Shown piece after piece: positions 20,072-29,694 of a stretch of 64,000 nt of DNA. Position 1 is the stretch's first letter. The number at the start of each line of letters is the position of its first letter. The DNA lies in assembly GCA_035489015.1 (NCBI GenBank), contig DATHKR010000235.1, positions 17,029 to 81,028 on the forward strand, in the 5' to 3' direction. The position numbers and the translations under genes are program-made. The notes below the pieces were generated by a model that ran no database searches, was not told the origin of the DNA, and saw only the letters and a program-made list of their open reading frames with translations. The DNA comes from Kofleriaceae bacterium (GTDB lineage Bacteria > Myxococcota_A > Polyangia > Haliangiales > Haliangiaceae).

Positions 20072-22732
20072 TCACCGGGCGATGCGCTTGACCGCACCGT
20101 CGCGGAGGGTCGTCCAGTAGACGTGAGTCGCGTCGACGGCGATCGAGGATGGAAACAGCTGGCCGGCCGCCAGCACCCGCTGAGGACCGCCGGAGCGGGG
20201 GATCTCGAGGATGCTGCCCGGGCGCTCGGCGGAGGCGGTCGCGCAGTAGACGTGCGAGTCGTCGAGGGCGAGCATGAGCGGCCGGGTGTCCGTGGTGGCG
20301 AGCACGGCGGGGGGGCCGGTGAAGGGAGCGGCAAGGCCGAGCACACGGCCGCGGCTGGCCGCCCGCTCCCAGTCCCCCCAGTAGACGCCGCGGTCGTCTG
20401 CCTCGATGTCGCCGACCAGACAGATCCGCTCGGCGACGGTCGTCACCGGCCCTCCCGACAGCGGGACGAAGCTCACCCGGCCGTCGCACTCCACGTCGAA
20501 GGTCGATCGAGTGAAGAACAGGTTGCCGCCGCTGAAGGCGAAGAACGGGGTGTTGCCGAGGCCGCTGCCGAGCCCCTCGGCCAGGATCGATGGCGGCCCG
20601 CCGGACCTGGGCAGGACCAGGATCTGCCCGCCGCGGTCGGGCGTCGCCAGGTAGATGTCGTCGCCGGCGAGGCCGATCTGGAAGACCCGCAGCTCATCGA
20701 CCAGATCCACCGGCTCGCCGCCGGTCCGGGCCATGCTCTGCAGGCCACCCTCGCCGGGCACGGCGGCTCCTCTCGCCCAGTAGAGGCGCTGGCGGTCGAC
20801 CTCGAGGATGCCCACGTCGAGGACGCGGGTCTGGACATCGACGACCGGCCCGCCGCCCTGCTTGCTGGTTCGCCGGATGGCGGCGGGGCCCATGGCGCCC
20901 TTGCTGGTGGCGATCCAGAAGACCTCGCCGCCGTCGACCTCGAGCTCGGCCGGCATCTCCTGGCCGGTGGCGATGAGCTCGATCGGCGCCTGGCCCGGCG
21001 CACGGGTCGCCGCCGCCGCGCGCGCGAAGCTGGCCCGGGCGGCGTCGAGCTCGCGGAGCTGGTGCTGGATCGAGCCGAGCGCGTCCAGCGCCTCCGCCTG
21101 GGCCGGCGGGTACGAGAGCCGACCGGCCAGCTCGACCGCGCGGGACGCGATCGCGCGCGCCTCCCGGGGTCGCCCGTCGCTCGCCGCGGCGTCGGCGCTG
21201 GCGACCTGCTGGTGGACCGCGCGCACCGTCGCGAGGACGGCCGGATCGGCCGGCAGCGGGCGCGCGGCCAGGAGCGCGACCGGCTCGCCGCAGGCATCCA
21301 GCGACGGGAGCTGCTCGGTGATCGCGATCCGGGTGGACACCGATCCGGATCCGGCCTGCGTGAAGGCGCGGACCGCGGCGTCGAGGCTGCGCAGCCTGCG
21401 GTCGAGGCAGATCATGCGCCGATCGTGCAGATCGCCGGACAGGGTCCGCGCCACGTGAGTCGCCTGGCAGGTCTCCTCGTGCATCGCGGTCCAGCGCGTC
21501 GCGTAGTTGTCGAGCGTCCAGTCGATCCCCTCGCGGTGAGCCACGCCGTCCGCGAGCGAGGCCACCAGCGCGGCCCGGCGCTCCGGGTTCCAGATCGCGG
21601 CCACCCGCTCGCGCGCGCCGGCGCAGGGCGGCTGGTCCGGATCGCGCGCCGGGATCGCGAGCCACGCGGCTCCGCCGAAAAGGGCTGCCGCGGCGACGGC
21701 GGCGGCGACCCCGACCCGCCGTCGCCGGTGGAGCTGGCCGCGCAGGACCGGCAGGATCTCGTCCATCGAGGCGATCCGGCGGGCGGGGTCGGTCGCGAGG
21801 CCGCGCCGCAGCAGCCCGGTGAGGCGGCCGGGCAGGCGAGGGCGCCGCGGGATCGCGGGGGCGGCGGCGTCGCGCATCGCGGCGGCGAGCTCCGCGACCG
21901 ACCGACCGCCGAACGGGCGGCGGCCGTAGAGCGCCTCGTACAGCGCCGCGCAGTAGCTGAACACGTCGCTGCGCTCGTCGGCGTGACGGCCGGCGAGCTG
22001 CTCCGGTGCCATGTAGGCGATGGTCCCGACGACGGCGTCGCCTCGATCGCTGTCGCCGGTGGCGCCGCTCGGGCCGGCGCTGCCCGACCCGGCGGCGAGG
22101 CCGAAGTCGGTGAGGCAGACGCGGCCGTCCCGGCCGATGAGCATGTTCTGCGGCTTGACGTCGCGGTGGATCAGACCGGCCCGGTGCGCCGCGGCCAGGC
22201 CCTCGCCCGCCGCGAGCACGACCTCGACCACCTCGCGCCACGAGCGGGCCCGCTCCGCCCGCCACACGTCGAGCGGCCGCCCGTCGAGCCGCTCCATGGC
22301 CAGGAAGACCTCGCCATCCTCCTCGCCGACGTCGTGGACCGTGACCACGTTCGGATGCGACAGCCGCGCCAGCGCCTGCGCCTCGGCGACCAGGCGGGCG
22401 GCGTCCGCCGCGGTCGGCGAGCGGCGGAGCACCTTGATGGCGACCCGCCGCTGGAGCGCGGCGTCGAAGGCCGCGAACACCAGCCCCATCGCGCCGGAGC
22501 CGAGCAGCTCCTCGAGCTGGTAGCGGCCCAGCCTGGTCGACGGCTCGCTCGAGCGAGGCGGGGCCGCTGCCGACTGGCCCAGGGTGGAGCACGCGAGCGC
22601 GAAGACCAGCTCGCGGCAGTCGGCGCAGGCCGCGATGTGCTCGTCCACGTCGACATCGGGCAGACCGCCGCGGGCGCGCTGCACGTGGCGGGACAGCGTG
22701 TCCTCGTCGGGGCACGCGGCGTGGGCGGACAT
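20072..22732 (-). CDS. Transmembrane Ser/Thr kinase with N-terminal zinc-anti-sigma (ZAS) motif and extracytoplasmic TPR-like plus beta-propeller-like domains
   Basis: Track ORF 20072..22732. ZAS signature: C7...[10 protein letters not shown] (HxxxCxxC). Kinase motifs [33 protein letters not shown] helix [21 protein letters not shown]. The C-terminal ~300 aa carry repeated VFW/LYW/VYW blades. Confidence 0.9.
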   Translation of the reverse strand: MSAHAACPDEDTLSRHVQRARGGLPDVDVDEHIAACADCRELVFALACSTLGQSAAAPPRSSEPSTRLGRYQLEELLGSGAMGLVFAAFDAALQRRVAIKVLRRSPTAADAARLVAEAQALARLSHPNVVTVHDVGEEDGEVFLAMERLDGRPLDVWRAERARSWREVVEVVLAAGEGLAAAHRAGLIHRDVKPQNMLIGRDGRVCLTDFGLAAGSGSAGPSGATGDSDRGDAVVGTIAYMAPEQLAGRHADERSDVFSYCAALYEALYGRRPFGGRSVAELAAAMRDAAAPAIPRRPRLPGRLTGLLRRGLATDPARRIASMDEILPVLRGQLHRRRRVGVAAAVAAAALFGGAAWLAIPARDPDQPPCAGARERVAAIWNPERRAALVASLADGVAHREGIDWTLDNYATRWTAMHEETCQATHVARTLSGDLHDRRMICLDRRLRSLDAAVRAFTQAGSGSVSTRIAITEQLPSLDACGEPVALLAARPLPADPAVLATVRAVHQQVASADAAASDGRPREARAIASRAVELAGRLSYPPAQAEALDALGSIQHQLRELDAARASFARAAAATRAPGQAPIELIATGQEMPAELEVDGGEVFWIATSKGAMGPAAIRRTSKQGGGPVVDVQTRVLDVGILEVDRQRLYWARGAAVPGEGGLQSMARTGGEPVDLVDELRVFQIGLAGDDIYLATPDRGGQILVLPRSGGPPSILAEGLGSGLGNTPFFAFSGGNLFFTRSTFDVECDGRVSFVPLSGGPVTTVAERICLVGDIEADDRGVYWGDWERAASRGRVLGLAAPFTGPPAVLATTDTRPLMLALDDSHVYCATASAERPGSILEIPRSGGPQRVLAAGQLFPSSIAVDATHVYWTTLRDGAVKRIAR

Positions 22733-22786
22733 CGGGATTGTCTTAACACCGCGTCGCCGGGGCGCGGGGCCCGGTGTTTGCTCTCG

Positions 22787-23869
22787 TCACTTGGGGACGC
22801 GCTTGACCTCTCCGTCGAAGGGCGTCGTCCAGTAGACGTGGCTCTGGTCGACGTTGACGAACAGCGGGACCAGCTGATCGGTGGCCAGCACCCGCCGCCC
22901 CCCGCCGAACTTCGACACCTTGCGGATCTGGCCCACGTCCGCGGGGGAGCCGGTCGTGTAGTAGACGCTGGCGTCGTCGAGCGCGAGCGAGAACGGCTGC
23001 GTCGTGACCGTGGCGAGGACCACCGGCGACCCGCTGGTGAAGGGCGCCTCCTTCTTGACCACCCGGCCCACACTGGTGGTGGTGTCGAACTCGGTCCAGT
23101 AGACCGCCCGGTGATCGGCCCCGATGCCGCGAAGACCGCAGATGCCCTCGGCGACGGTGACGAGCGCGCCGCCGGTCAGGGAGACGAACCGGACGCGGCC
23201 GTCGCACACCCCCTCGAAGGTGGACTGGGTGAAGAACGCCTTGCCGCCGCCGATCGCGATGAACGGGATGAAGTCGAGCCCGGGCCCGACATCCTCGGCC
23301 AGCGTGGTGACGGCGCCGCCGGTCCGGGCGACCTTGAGGACCCGGCCGCCGGCGTCCGGGCTGAGGAAGTAGATGTCACTGCCCTGGAGCGCGAAGTTGA
23401 ACACGCGGGTCGCGGCGACGACGTCGACCACCTCGCCGCCGGCCTTGGGCTCCGACTGGATGCCGCCGACGCCCTCCACGGCCGCGCCGGTCGACCAGTA
23501 CACCCGGCTGGCGTCGACCTCGATGCCTCCGATGTCCGGAATGCCCGCCTGGATCTCGGTCACCGCGCCGCCGCCCGACTTGCTGGCGCGACGGACGCTG
23601 CCGGGGTCGAGCCCGAAGTTGGGGGCGGTGGCCCAGTAGGCGCTGCTGCCGTCGACCTCGACGTCGGACGGGAACTCCTGCCCGGACGCGATCACGGTCG
23701 GCGTCGGCAGCGAGTCGGTGTCCGATTGCTCCGCCTCCTCGTCGGCGAGCGCCTCCTCGCGCTCGAGATCCGGGTCGAGGGACTGGCCGGCGCAGCCGAC
23801 GGCGAGCGCGAGCGCCAGCGAGCTCGCGCACAGGGACGACCTGAGAAATGCAACATTCACGTTCCACAC
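22787..23869 (-). CDS. Lipoprotein with beta-propeller-like domain, paralogous to the C-terminus of the adjacent kinase
   Basis: Track ORF 22787..23869, GTG start. Lipobox LAVGC. In a hand alignment of ~185 ungapped positions, about half the residues match kinase residues ~590-886. Confidence 0.85.
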   Translation of the reverse strand: MWNVNVAFLRSSLCASSLALALAVGCAGQSLDPDLEREEALADEEAEQSDTDSLPTPTVIASGQEFPSDVEVDGSSAYWATAPNFGLDPGSVRRASKSGGGAVTEIQAGIPDIGGIEVDASRVYWSTGAAVEGVGGIQSEPKAGGEVVDVVAATRVFNFALQGSDIYFLSPDAGGRVLKVARTGGAVTTLAEDVGPGLDFIPFIAIGGGKAFFTQSTFEGVCDGRVRFVSLTGGALVTVAEGICGLRGIGADHRAVYWTEFDTTTSVGRVVKKEAPFTSGSPVVLATVTTQPFSLALDDASVYYTTGSPADVGQIRKVSKFGGGRRVLATDQLVPLFVNVDQSHVYWTTPFDGEVKRVPK

Positions 23870-23956
23870 AGAACACCTCCGGGTCGCGCGGTCGTCGTTC
23901 GACGCCGCGCAGGTTCATCCGGGTGATGTCGCGGGATGGGCGCTTGTAGCGCCCGG

Positions 23957-24838
23957 TCAGGGCGAATCTGCCAGCAGCCGGTAAAGGCTCAGGTCCAGCT
24001 GACTGTCGAGCAGGCGAACCGCGCCGTCGAGATCGCCGTCGTCGAGCGCGAGTGCAACTCGAAGGCGATCGCGCGTTCCGCTCAGGAGCGTCTTGCGGAT
24101 GCGGGCGATCCAGCGCGACGCCGTGACCCGGTGGATCCCGTAGACGCGCGCGATCTCGCCGATGCCGCGGTCGTCGACCAGGAGGGCGCGCAGCACCGCG
24201 CGATCGCGCGGCGCCAGCCCGGCCACCGCCGCCTGAAACGCCGCCTTGAGCTCCAGGCGGTGGCGATCGCGCAGGGCGGCGAGATAGGGATCGTCGGTCA
24301 CGCCGAGGATGTCGTCATCGAGCTCGGCGTGCGGCTTCTGCCGCCGCATCAGCGCCAGACCTTGTCGCCCGGCCACGGCGCTGGTCCACGCCACCAGCGG
24401 GCCGATGCCCTGATAGCTCGCCAGCCGCGGCGGCCCACCGTCGATCGGGATGAGCAGCCGCGTCCGCACGTCCTGCTTGACGTCGTCGGCGTCGGCGCTG
24501 GACAGGCCGAGGCGGGCCAGGACGCGGCCGGCCCGCTCGAGCACCGCGCGGTCGAAGTGACCGATCGCGATCGGGTCTCCGCCGACGCAGGCCCACGCCA
24601 GATAGAGATCGGCGGCGTGAGCAGGCAACGCCGCCTCCCCCTCGTCCGGGGCCACCCGTCGGGCCAGGTAGGCGGCGACCTCGCCCTCGTCGAGCCGGAC
24701 GCCGGGCCATTGCCGGCGAGCGTCAGCCACGACCCCGGTCAGCGCCTCGCGCAGCCCGGACCAGACCTCGAACGAGGAGCGGAGCTCGGGCGGCAGCGCG
24801 GCCAGGAAATCGGCCGCCAGCTGGTCCGCGTCGAGCAT
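23957..24838 (-). CDS. Sigma-70-family (ECF-like) RNA polymerase sigma factor with extended N-terminus
   Basis: Track ORF 23957..24838. Region-2-like DLYLAWACVGGD. Region-4 HTH: PRDRAVLRALLVDDRGIGEIARVYGIHRVTASRWIARIRKTL. Confidence 0.75.
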   Translation of the reverse strand: MLDADQLAADFLAALPPELRSSFEVWSGLREALTGVVADARRQWPGVRLDEGEVAAYLARRVAPDEGEAALPAHAADLYLAWACVGGDPIAIGHFDRAVLERAGRVLARLGLSSADADDVKQDVRTRLLIPIDGGPPRLASYQGIGPLVAWTSAVAGRQGLALMRRQKPHAELDDDILGVTDDPYLAALRDRHRLELKAAFQAAVAGLAPRDRAVLRALLVDDRGIGEIARVYGIHRVTASRWIARIRKTLLSGTRDRLRVALALDDGDLDGAVRLLDSQLDLSLYRLLADSP

Positions 24839-24928
24839 CGCGATCCCAGTCTACGCGCGGGTGCGGCTCGAGAGGAGTCTTGACCGAATCGACCGCCGCC
24901 AGGCCCAAAGGAGGGTAAGGATCCACCG

Positions 24929-25153
24929 ATGCCGCTGTCAGCTGAGCTCCTCGCCATCCTGGTCTGCCCCGAGTCCAGGCAGCCGCTCCTCCACATCCCG
25001 CCCGGCGCCGACGGTGCCGGCGAGTCGCTGTTCTGCCCCGCGTCGCGGCTGCGCTACCGGGTCGAGGACGGCATCCCGGTCATGCTGGTCGAGGACGCCG
25101 AGCGGCTCGACGAGGCGGCGGCCGAGCGGCTCAAGGGGCTGGCGGCTCGCTGA
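24929..25153 (+). CDS. Trm112/YcaR-family small zinc-ribbon protein
   Basis: Track ORF 24929..25153. Sequence LLAILVCPESRQPL...FCPASRLRYRVEDGIPVMLVEDA. AAGGAGGG lies upstream. Confidence 0.85.
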   Translation: MPLSAELLAILVCPESRQPLLHIPPGADGAGESLFCPASRLRYRVEDGIPVMLVEDAERLDEAAAERLKGLAAR

Positions 25154-25215
25154 CCGGTCGGGTCTGGTTCCCAACCCACCACCTGCCCAGGCCGACCGCG
25201 GCGCGGGGCGGCGCG

Positions 25216-25638
25216 TCAGCCCGCCGCGATCCGGGCGGCGACGTCCTCGGCCAGCTTTCTGGCCTCCTCGCCGTCGAGGTTGAGCGGCTTCCAGCCCAGG
25301 CCGAGCCCGCTGCCGTCGTCCGCCATCGGGATGATGTGAAAGTGGACGTGGAAGACGGCCTGGTGGGCGCGGGCGCCGTTGTTCTGCAGGACGTTGAAGT
25401 CGCGCGTCCCGGTCGCCGCCATGACCGCGCGGGCGATGCGCGGCAGCACCCGGCCCAGCGCCGCGGCCGACTCGTCCGACAGCTGATCCAGGGTGGCGAC
25501 CACCTCCTTGGGAATGATCAGGGTGTGGCCGCGGGTCAGCGGGTTGATGTCGAGGAACGCGAGGACGCGGTCGTCCTCGTACACCTTGTGGCAGGGAAGC
25601 TCCCCGCGCAGGATCTTGTTGAAGATCGTCTCCGGCAT
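25216..25638 (-). CDS. HIT-family nucleotide hydrolase/transferase
   Basis: 3' part of track ORF 25216..25833. ATG at 25638 (MPETIFNKILRGELPCHKVYEDD...). Histidine triad HVHFHIIP. Confidence 0.9.
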   Translation of the reverse strand: MPETIFNKILRGELPCHKVYEDDRVLAFLDINPLTRGHTLIIPKEVVATLDQLSDESAAALGRVLPRIARAVMAATGTRDFNVLQNNGARAHQAVFHVHFHIIPMADDGSGLGLGWKPLNLDGEEARKLAEDVAARIAAG

Positions 25639-25805
25639 CGCGCGAGAGTAGCCCAGCGCCCGCGACGCGGGGCGGCGTGGCGCAATCCGACAGCCACCCG
25701 CGCGAGTGTCGTCAAAACCAGCGCGCACGTGGCGCGGCGCCGGCGAGATCGCGCGATGTCGCGGGGTCAGCCGCCGGCACGCGTCTTGTTTGTGTGCCAG
25801 GCGGA

Positions 25806-26750
25806 ATGGCTCTTCAGCGCAGAAGAACTCCACTGACCCTGCTGGTGCTTCTGGTCGGTCTGCCCGCCGTCATCGGGGGGTGCAGCGACTCGGTCGACGG
25901 GGTGGCGCCGGTCGGCGGCGAGGAGCCGTCGTCGGTCGAGCTCGAGCGGTTCGTCCGCCGGCTGCACCTCGATCTGACCGCGCGGCCGGCCAGCGACGAC
26001 TACCTGGCCGACGCGGTCGCCGAGCTGGAGGCCGACACCCGCGCCCAGGGCGGCAGCGCCGAGACGCGCGGGGCGATCGCCGACCGGCTGATCGACTCGG
26101 AGGAGTTCGCGCAGACCTCGGTCGACGAGCTGTCGAACCGGGTGTTCGGCGGCGAGGACCCCGACACTCGCTACTCGCTCATCTGCGGGATCGCCCGCGA
26201 CGAGGATCCGGCCTGCGCGACGTGTGGCCCGGCCCCGTCGGGAGATCCGTGCGGCGGCTGCGATTGCCCCGCGCTGGTCCGCATCGACGGCGACCGCCAG
26301 GCGGTGGTCGACGCGGCGGCCGATCTGGCCGGCGGCAGCGCCTCCACCTCGGCGGTCGACCGCCGCTTCGCCGGCTCGAGCGCGCTGGCCGGCTTCTCCG
26401 CGCCCGAGGCGCTGGCCGATCAGCTGTTCCAGATCTTCCTCGGCCGGCCGGCCGAGGCGGACGAGGTGGCCAACGCGCAGTCGATGATCGTCGGCACCTT
26501 CCTGCCCGACAGCCCGGCCGGGCTGCTGTTCCACCGGCACGGCGCCGACTACCAGGACCTGCTCGACATCGTCTTCGAGTCGGAGGTCTACCGCGACGCG
26601 GCCACCAGCGCCGTGTTCGACCGCTACCTGGGCCGCCCGGCCACCCTGGCCGAGATCGCCCACTTCTCGGCCCAGCTCGACGGTGACGATCCGGACGTCC
26701 GCCCGGTCATCCGCGCCGTCGTCTCATCCCAGGAGTACTTCGAGCAATGA
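25806..26750 (+). CDS. Lipoprotein with DUF1549/DUF4214-like helical repeats and a Cys-rich insert
   Basis: 3' part of track ORF 25677..26750. ATG 25806. Lipobox VIGGC. Repeated motif FVRRLHLDLTARP / LFQIFLGRPAEADE / VFDRYLGRPATLAE. Cys-rich insert CATCGPAPSGDPCGGCDC. Confidence 0.7.
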   Translation: MALQRRRTPLTLLVLLVGLPAVIGGCSDSVDGVAPVGGEEPSSVELERFVRRLHLDLTARPASDDYLADAVAELEADTRAQGGSAETRGAIADRLIDSEEFAQTSVDELSNRVFGGEDPDTRYSLICGIARDEDPACATCGPAPSGDPCGGCDCPALVRIDGDRQAVVDAAADLAGGSASTSAVDRRFAGSSALAGFSAPEALADQLFQIFLGRPAEADEVANAQSMIVGTFLPDSPAGLLFHRHGADYQDLLDIVFESEVYRDAATSAVFDRYLGRPATLAEIAHFSAQLDGDDPDVRPVIRAVVSSQEYFEQ

Positions 26751-27298
26751 CGCCCAGGCCCCGCTCCGCCTCCCTCCTCGCGCTGGCGCTCGCCGCCGCG
26801 CTCGGCTCCGCGCTCGCCGCCTGCGGCGACACCACCTACGAGTTCGATCAGGTCTCGGTCGGCGACGAGGATGGCGCCCGCACCCCGCGCGAGCGCTCCA
26901 ACAGCCAGTTCGTGCGCGCGGTGTACGGCGACCTGGTCGGCCGCGCGCCGGAGAGCTACGACTTCACCATCACCGCCGGCGGCGCCGAGCTGGTGCGCTT
27001 CCCGGTCGACGAGCAGAGCCTGCTGGTCGGCGTGCTGGAGGGCATGGGCGACTCGCAGCCGCTGCGCGCGCTCATGGTGGCCGGCCTGGTCGCCTCGGCC
27101 GAGGTGGCGCTACCCGACCGCGCCGACGTCGACGATCCGGCCGGGTTCATCGGCGATCAGTTCCGCCGGCTGCTCGGCCGCGAGCCGAGCGCCTACGAGC
27201 TGCGCGCGTTCGTCGACGAGTGGCGGGCCGACGAGGCGGTCGGTCCGCGGACGGTGGTGCGCGCCCTGGTCGGGTCGCGCGAGTACCAGAGCTTCTAG
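26747..27298 (+). CDS. Lipoprotein with the same [FY]xxxLGRxP helical motif (DUF4214-like)
   Basis: Track ORF 26747..27298. Lipobox LAAC. Motifs FVRAVYGDLVGRAPES and FRRLLGREPSAYELRAF...SREYQSF. ATGA overlap with the upstream stop. Confidence 0.7.
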   Translation: MTPRPRSASLLALALAAALGSALAACGDTTYEFDQVSVGDEDGARTPRERSNSQFVRAVYGDLVGRAPESYDFTITAGGAELVRFPVDEQSLLVGVLEGMGDSQPLRALMVAGLVASAEVALPDRADVDDPAGFIGDQFRRLLGREPSAYELRAFVDEWRADEAVGPRTVVRALVGSREYQSF

Positions 27299-27311
27299 GA
27301 GCCATGACGCC

Positions 27312-28763
27312 ATGAGGATCTCGAGGAGAAGGTTTCTCGGCGCGGCCACCGCGGCCGCGACCGGCGCGGTCCTGGCCCCGCGCTTCAAGGTGCGCTGGGC
27401 GCGCGGCGCCTCCGACTTTCGCGCCCGCCGGGTGGTGATCGTCGGGGTGGGCGGCGGGCTGCGCCGCAGCGAGGCGCTCGGGATGGCCCAGGGCGCGACC
27501 ATGCCGAACCTGTTCGGCCGGGTGCCGGTCATCGCCGGGTACGGCGACGCCGACGCCGGCGATCCGGTGATCGCGCCCGAGTACGCGGCCGGGGTCCCGG
27601 CCCTGGTCCTGCCGGCGCCGCGGTCGACGCCGCTCTTCACCGAGGGCGCGCTGGTCGCCAACCTGCGCTACGACGGCGGCGCGCCCGGCCACCTGCAGGG
27701 CCAGGGCTGCCTGGTCAGCGGCTTCTACAACAACATCGAGAACCGGGCCGACGCCCGCCTGCCGGTGCCGACCGTGTTCGAGATCCACCGGCGCGAGGCG
27801 AACGCGCCGGCGACCGACGCCTGGTACGTATCCACCCCGGGCGGCTTCTTCAGCGCGCTGCAGGCCAGCGACAACCGGGAGTTCGGGCCCCGGTTCGGCG
27901 GCTCGTTCCTGTCGCCGCCCGGCTCGGTGTCGGCGCTCCTGCCGATCGTGACCAGCGGCGTGCGCGAGATCGACGTCGACGTTTCCGGCGGTCCACCCGA
28001 GCTGCCGATCATCGCGGGGACGCCGGCCGAGGCGGCGGCGGTGCGCCGGCTGACCGGGATCCTCGACGGCAACTCGCCGGCGCCGGCCAGCGACGGCGCG
28101 TTCCGCGCGACCGCGGCGGAGAACGCGGCGATCGAGGACCACCTGGCCGAGATCTACGGCGACTCGACCTACGGGGCGATCTTCCCCGACTCGTTCGGCA
28201 TCGGCGTCGACGCCGGCGGCGGCGAGCTGGACGCGACCGGCGACGCGCTCACCGTCTATCACGCCGAGCGGCTGCTCGCGAAGTTCAAGCCGACCGTGAT
28301 GGGCATGACCCTGCTCGACGTCGATCTGTGCCACGGCGACTTCAACGCCTACCTGCGCGGGCAGCAGATCGCGGACGCGTGCGTGCGCCACCTGTGGGAC
28401 TTCATCCAGGCGACCGACGGGCTGCGCGACCAGACCACGCTCCTGGTCCTGCCCGAGCACGGCCGTCACCTCTACTCGAACGGGCAGAACCCGGACAGCC
28501 TGGGCCGGTCCGGCATCGACCACGGCGAGGGAGACGACGGCGACCGCGACGTGTTCCTGCTCGCGCTCGGCCCCGACATCGCGCCGGTCGGGGTGATCGA
28601 ACCGACCGGGGTGAAGCAGACCGGGCGCACCTCCGATCGCTACGAGACGATCGACGCGGTCATGACCGCGATGGGGATGCTCGGCCACGACGGCGTCATG
28701 AAGGGCGCCCTCGAGGACGAGGGAGCGCGGCCCGGCATGCTGATCCAGGAGATCCTGCGATGA
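27312..28763 (+). CDS. Tat-exported DUF1501-like (sulfatase / alkaline-phosphatase-fold) protein
   Basis: 3' part of track ORF 26871..28763. ATG 27312. Twin-arginine signal MRISRRRFLGAATAAATG. C-terminal pattern LLVLPEHGRH...GIDHGEGDDGDRDVFLLALGPDI resembles the DUF1501 signature. Confidence 0.72.
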   Translation: MRISRRRFLGAATAAATGAVLAPRFKVRWARGASDFRARRVVIVGVGGGLRRSEALGMAQGATMPNLFGRVPVIAGYGDADAGDPVIAPEYAAGVPALVLPAPRSTPLFTEGALVANLRYDGGAPGHLQGQGCLVSGFYNNIENRADARLPVPTVFEIHRREANAPATDAWYVSTPGGFFSALQASDNREFGPRFGGSFLSPPGSVSALLPIVTSGVREIDVDVSGGPPELPIIAGTPAEAAAVRRLTGILDGNSPAPASDGAFRATAAENAAIEDHLAEIYGDSTYGAIFPDSFGIGVDAGGGELDATGDALTVYHAERLLAKFKPTVMGMTLLDVDLCHGDFNAYLRGQQIADACVRHLWDFIQATDGLRDQTTLLVLPEHGRHLYSNGQNPDSLGRSGIDHGEGDDGDRDVFLLALGPDIAPVGVIEPTGVKQTGRTSDRYETIDAVMTAMGMLGHDGVMKGALEDEGARPGMLIQEILR

Positions 28764-29692
28764 GGGGCGCGCAGCTGGCGATCCTGCTGGCGATCGCGCC
28801 GGCGGCCGCGTGCGGCGGCAGCGACATCGACGCCGGCGGCAGCGGCATCGACGCCGGGGTCGGCGACGATCCGCTCGCGATCGACGACGAGGTGGCGGCC
28901 GGCAGCCTGGACCAGATCCACCGCGAGATCGTGTCGCAGCGCTGCTCCGGCCAGCCCGGCCTGTGCCACAACGGCCAGTTCGAGCCCAACCTGTCCACCC
29001 CGGCGCTGTTCTACGACTACATGGTGCGCCGGCCGGCGCTCGAGAAGCCGGACCGGCTGCGGGTGGAGCCGGGCGATCCGGACGCCAGCTTCCTGGTCGA
29101 CAAGCTGCGCAACCGCGACGTCGGCACCCAGATGCCGCTCGGGGCCGAGCCGCTGGCCGAGGAGGAGATCGCGCTCATCGAGGCGTGGATCGAGAACGGC
29201 GCGCTGCGCCGGGCCGGCGACGACGAGGCCCCGGTCCTCAACAACCCGCCGCGCGCGCCGGAGATCGGCGTCTTCAACGCGGCCGGCGAGCGGCTGGACG
29301 GGGGCGGGCCGATCCCGGTCGCGGCCGGCACGACCCTGACCCTGCGCCACTCGGTGTCCGACTTCGAGACGCCCGACGAGGAGATCGCGTTCGGCGCCTT
29401 CGTGGTGTCGGCCGGCGACGGGCGACAGCTGGTGCTGTCGCCGGGCGGCGACGACCCCGGGGTCGGGCCGAGCGCGCCCGACCCGGACGGGCCGATGGGC
29501 AGCGGCGACCTCCTCAACCGCCAGCTGTCGGTCACGATCGGCGCCGACGTGGACCTGGTCGACGAGGCCGGGACGATCGAGACGGTGCCGAGCACGGGTC
29601 TCTCGTTCGGGATCCTGGCGCTCTACGTGGACGAGCCGGAGCAGGGGATCGTGTCGTTCGCGACCTCGCCGGCCACGCTGGAGGTGGAGTGA
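28760..29692 (+). CDS. Lipoprotein: PSCyt-like domain (CX7CH) plus acidic beta-rich domain
   Basis: 3' part of track ORF 28328..29692. ATG 28760 overlaps the upstream stop as ATGA. Lipobox AAAC. Sequence IHREIVSQRCSGQPGLCHNG...VEPGDPDASFLVDKL...MPLGAEPLAEEEIALIEAWIENGA. Confidence 0.7.
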   Translation: MRGAQLAILLAIAPAAACGGSDIDAGGSGIDAGVGDDPLAIDDEVAAGSLDQIHREIVSQRCSGQPGLCHNGQFEPNLSTPALFYDYMVRRPALEKPDRLRVEPGDPDASFLVDKLRNRDVGTQMPLGAEPLAEEEIALIEAWIENGALRRAGDDEAPVLNNPPRAPEIGVFNAAGERLDGGGPIPVAAGTTLTLRHSVSDFETPDEEIAFGAFVVSAGDGRQLVLSPGGDDPGVGPSAPDPDGPMGSGDLLNRQLSVTIGADVDLVDEAGTIETVPSTGLSFGILALYVDEPEQGIVSFATSPATLEVE

Positions 29693-29694
29693 CC

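Noticed and set aside
25154-25215. Possible terminator hairpins between the convergent Trm112 and HIT genes. The short convergent gaps at 6498-6514, 35103-35119 and 42124-42150 were checked as well.
   Set aside because: Only 4-6 bp stems could be found and there are no U-tracts. That is not distinguishable from chance in GC-rich sequence.
25776-25789. A sigma-54-like element, GGCACG-N4-TTGT, upstream of the five-gene exported operon.
   Set aside because: The -12 element reads GT instead of the near-invariant GC. The predicted start site would be only ~5 nt from the ATG. GG-N10-G(C/T) matches are expected by chance in this GC-rich DNA, and no enhancer-binding protein is nearby.
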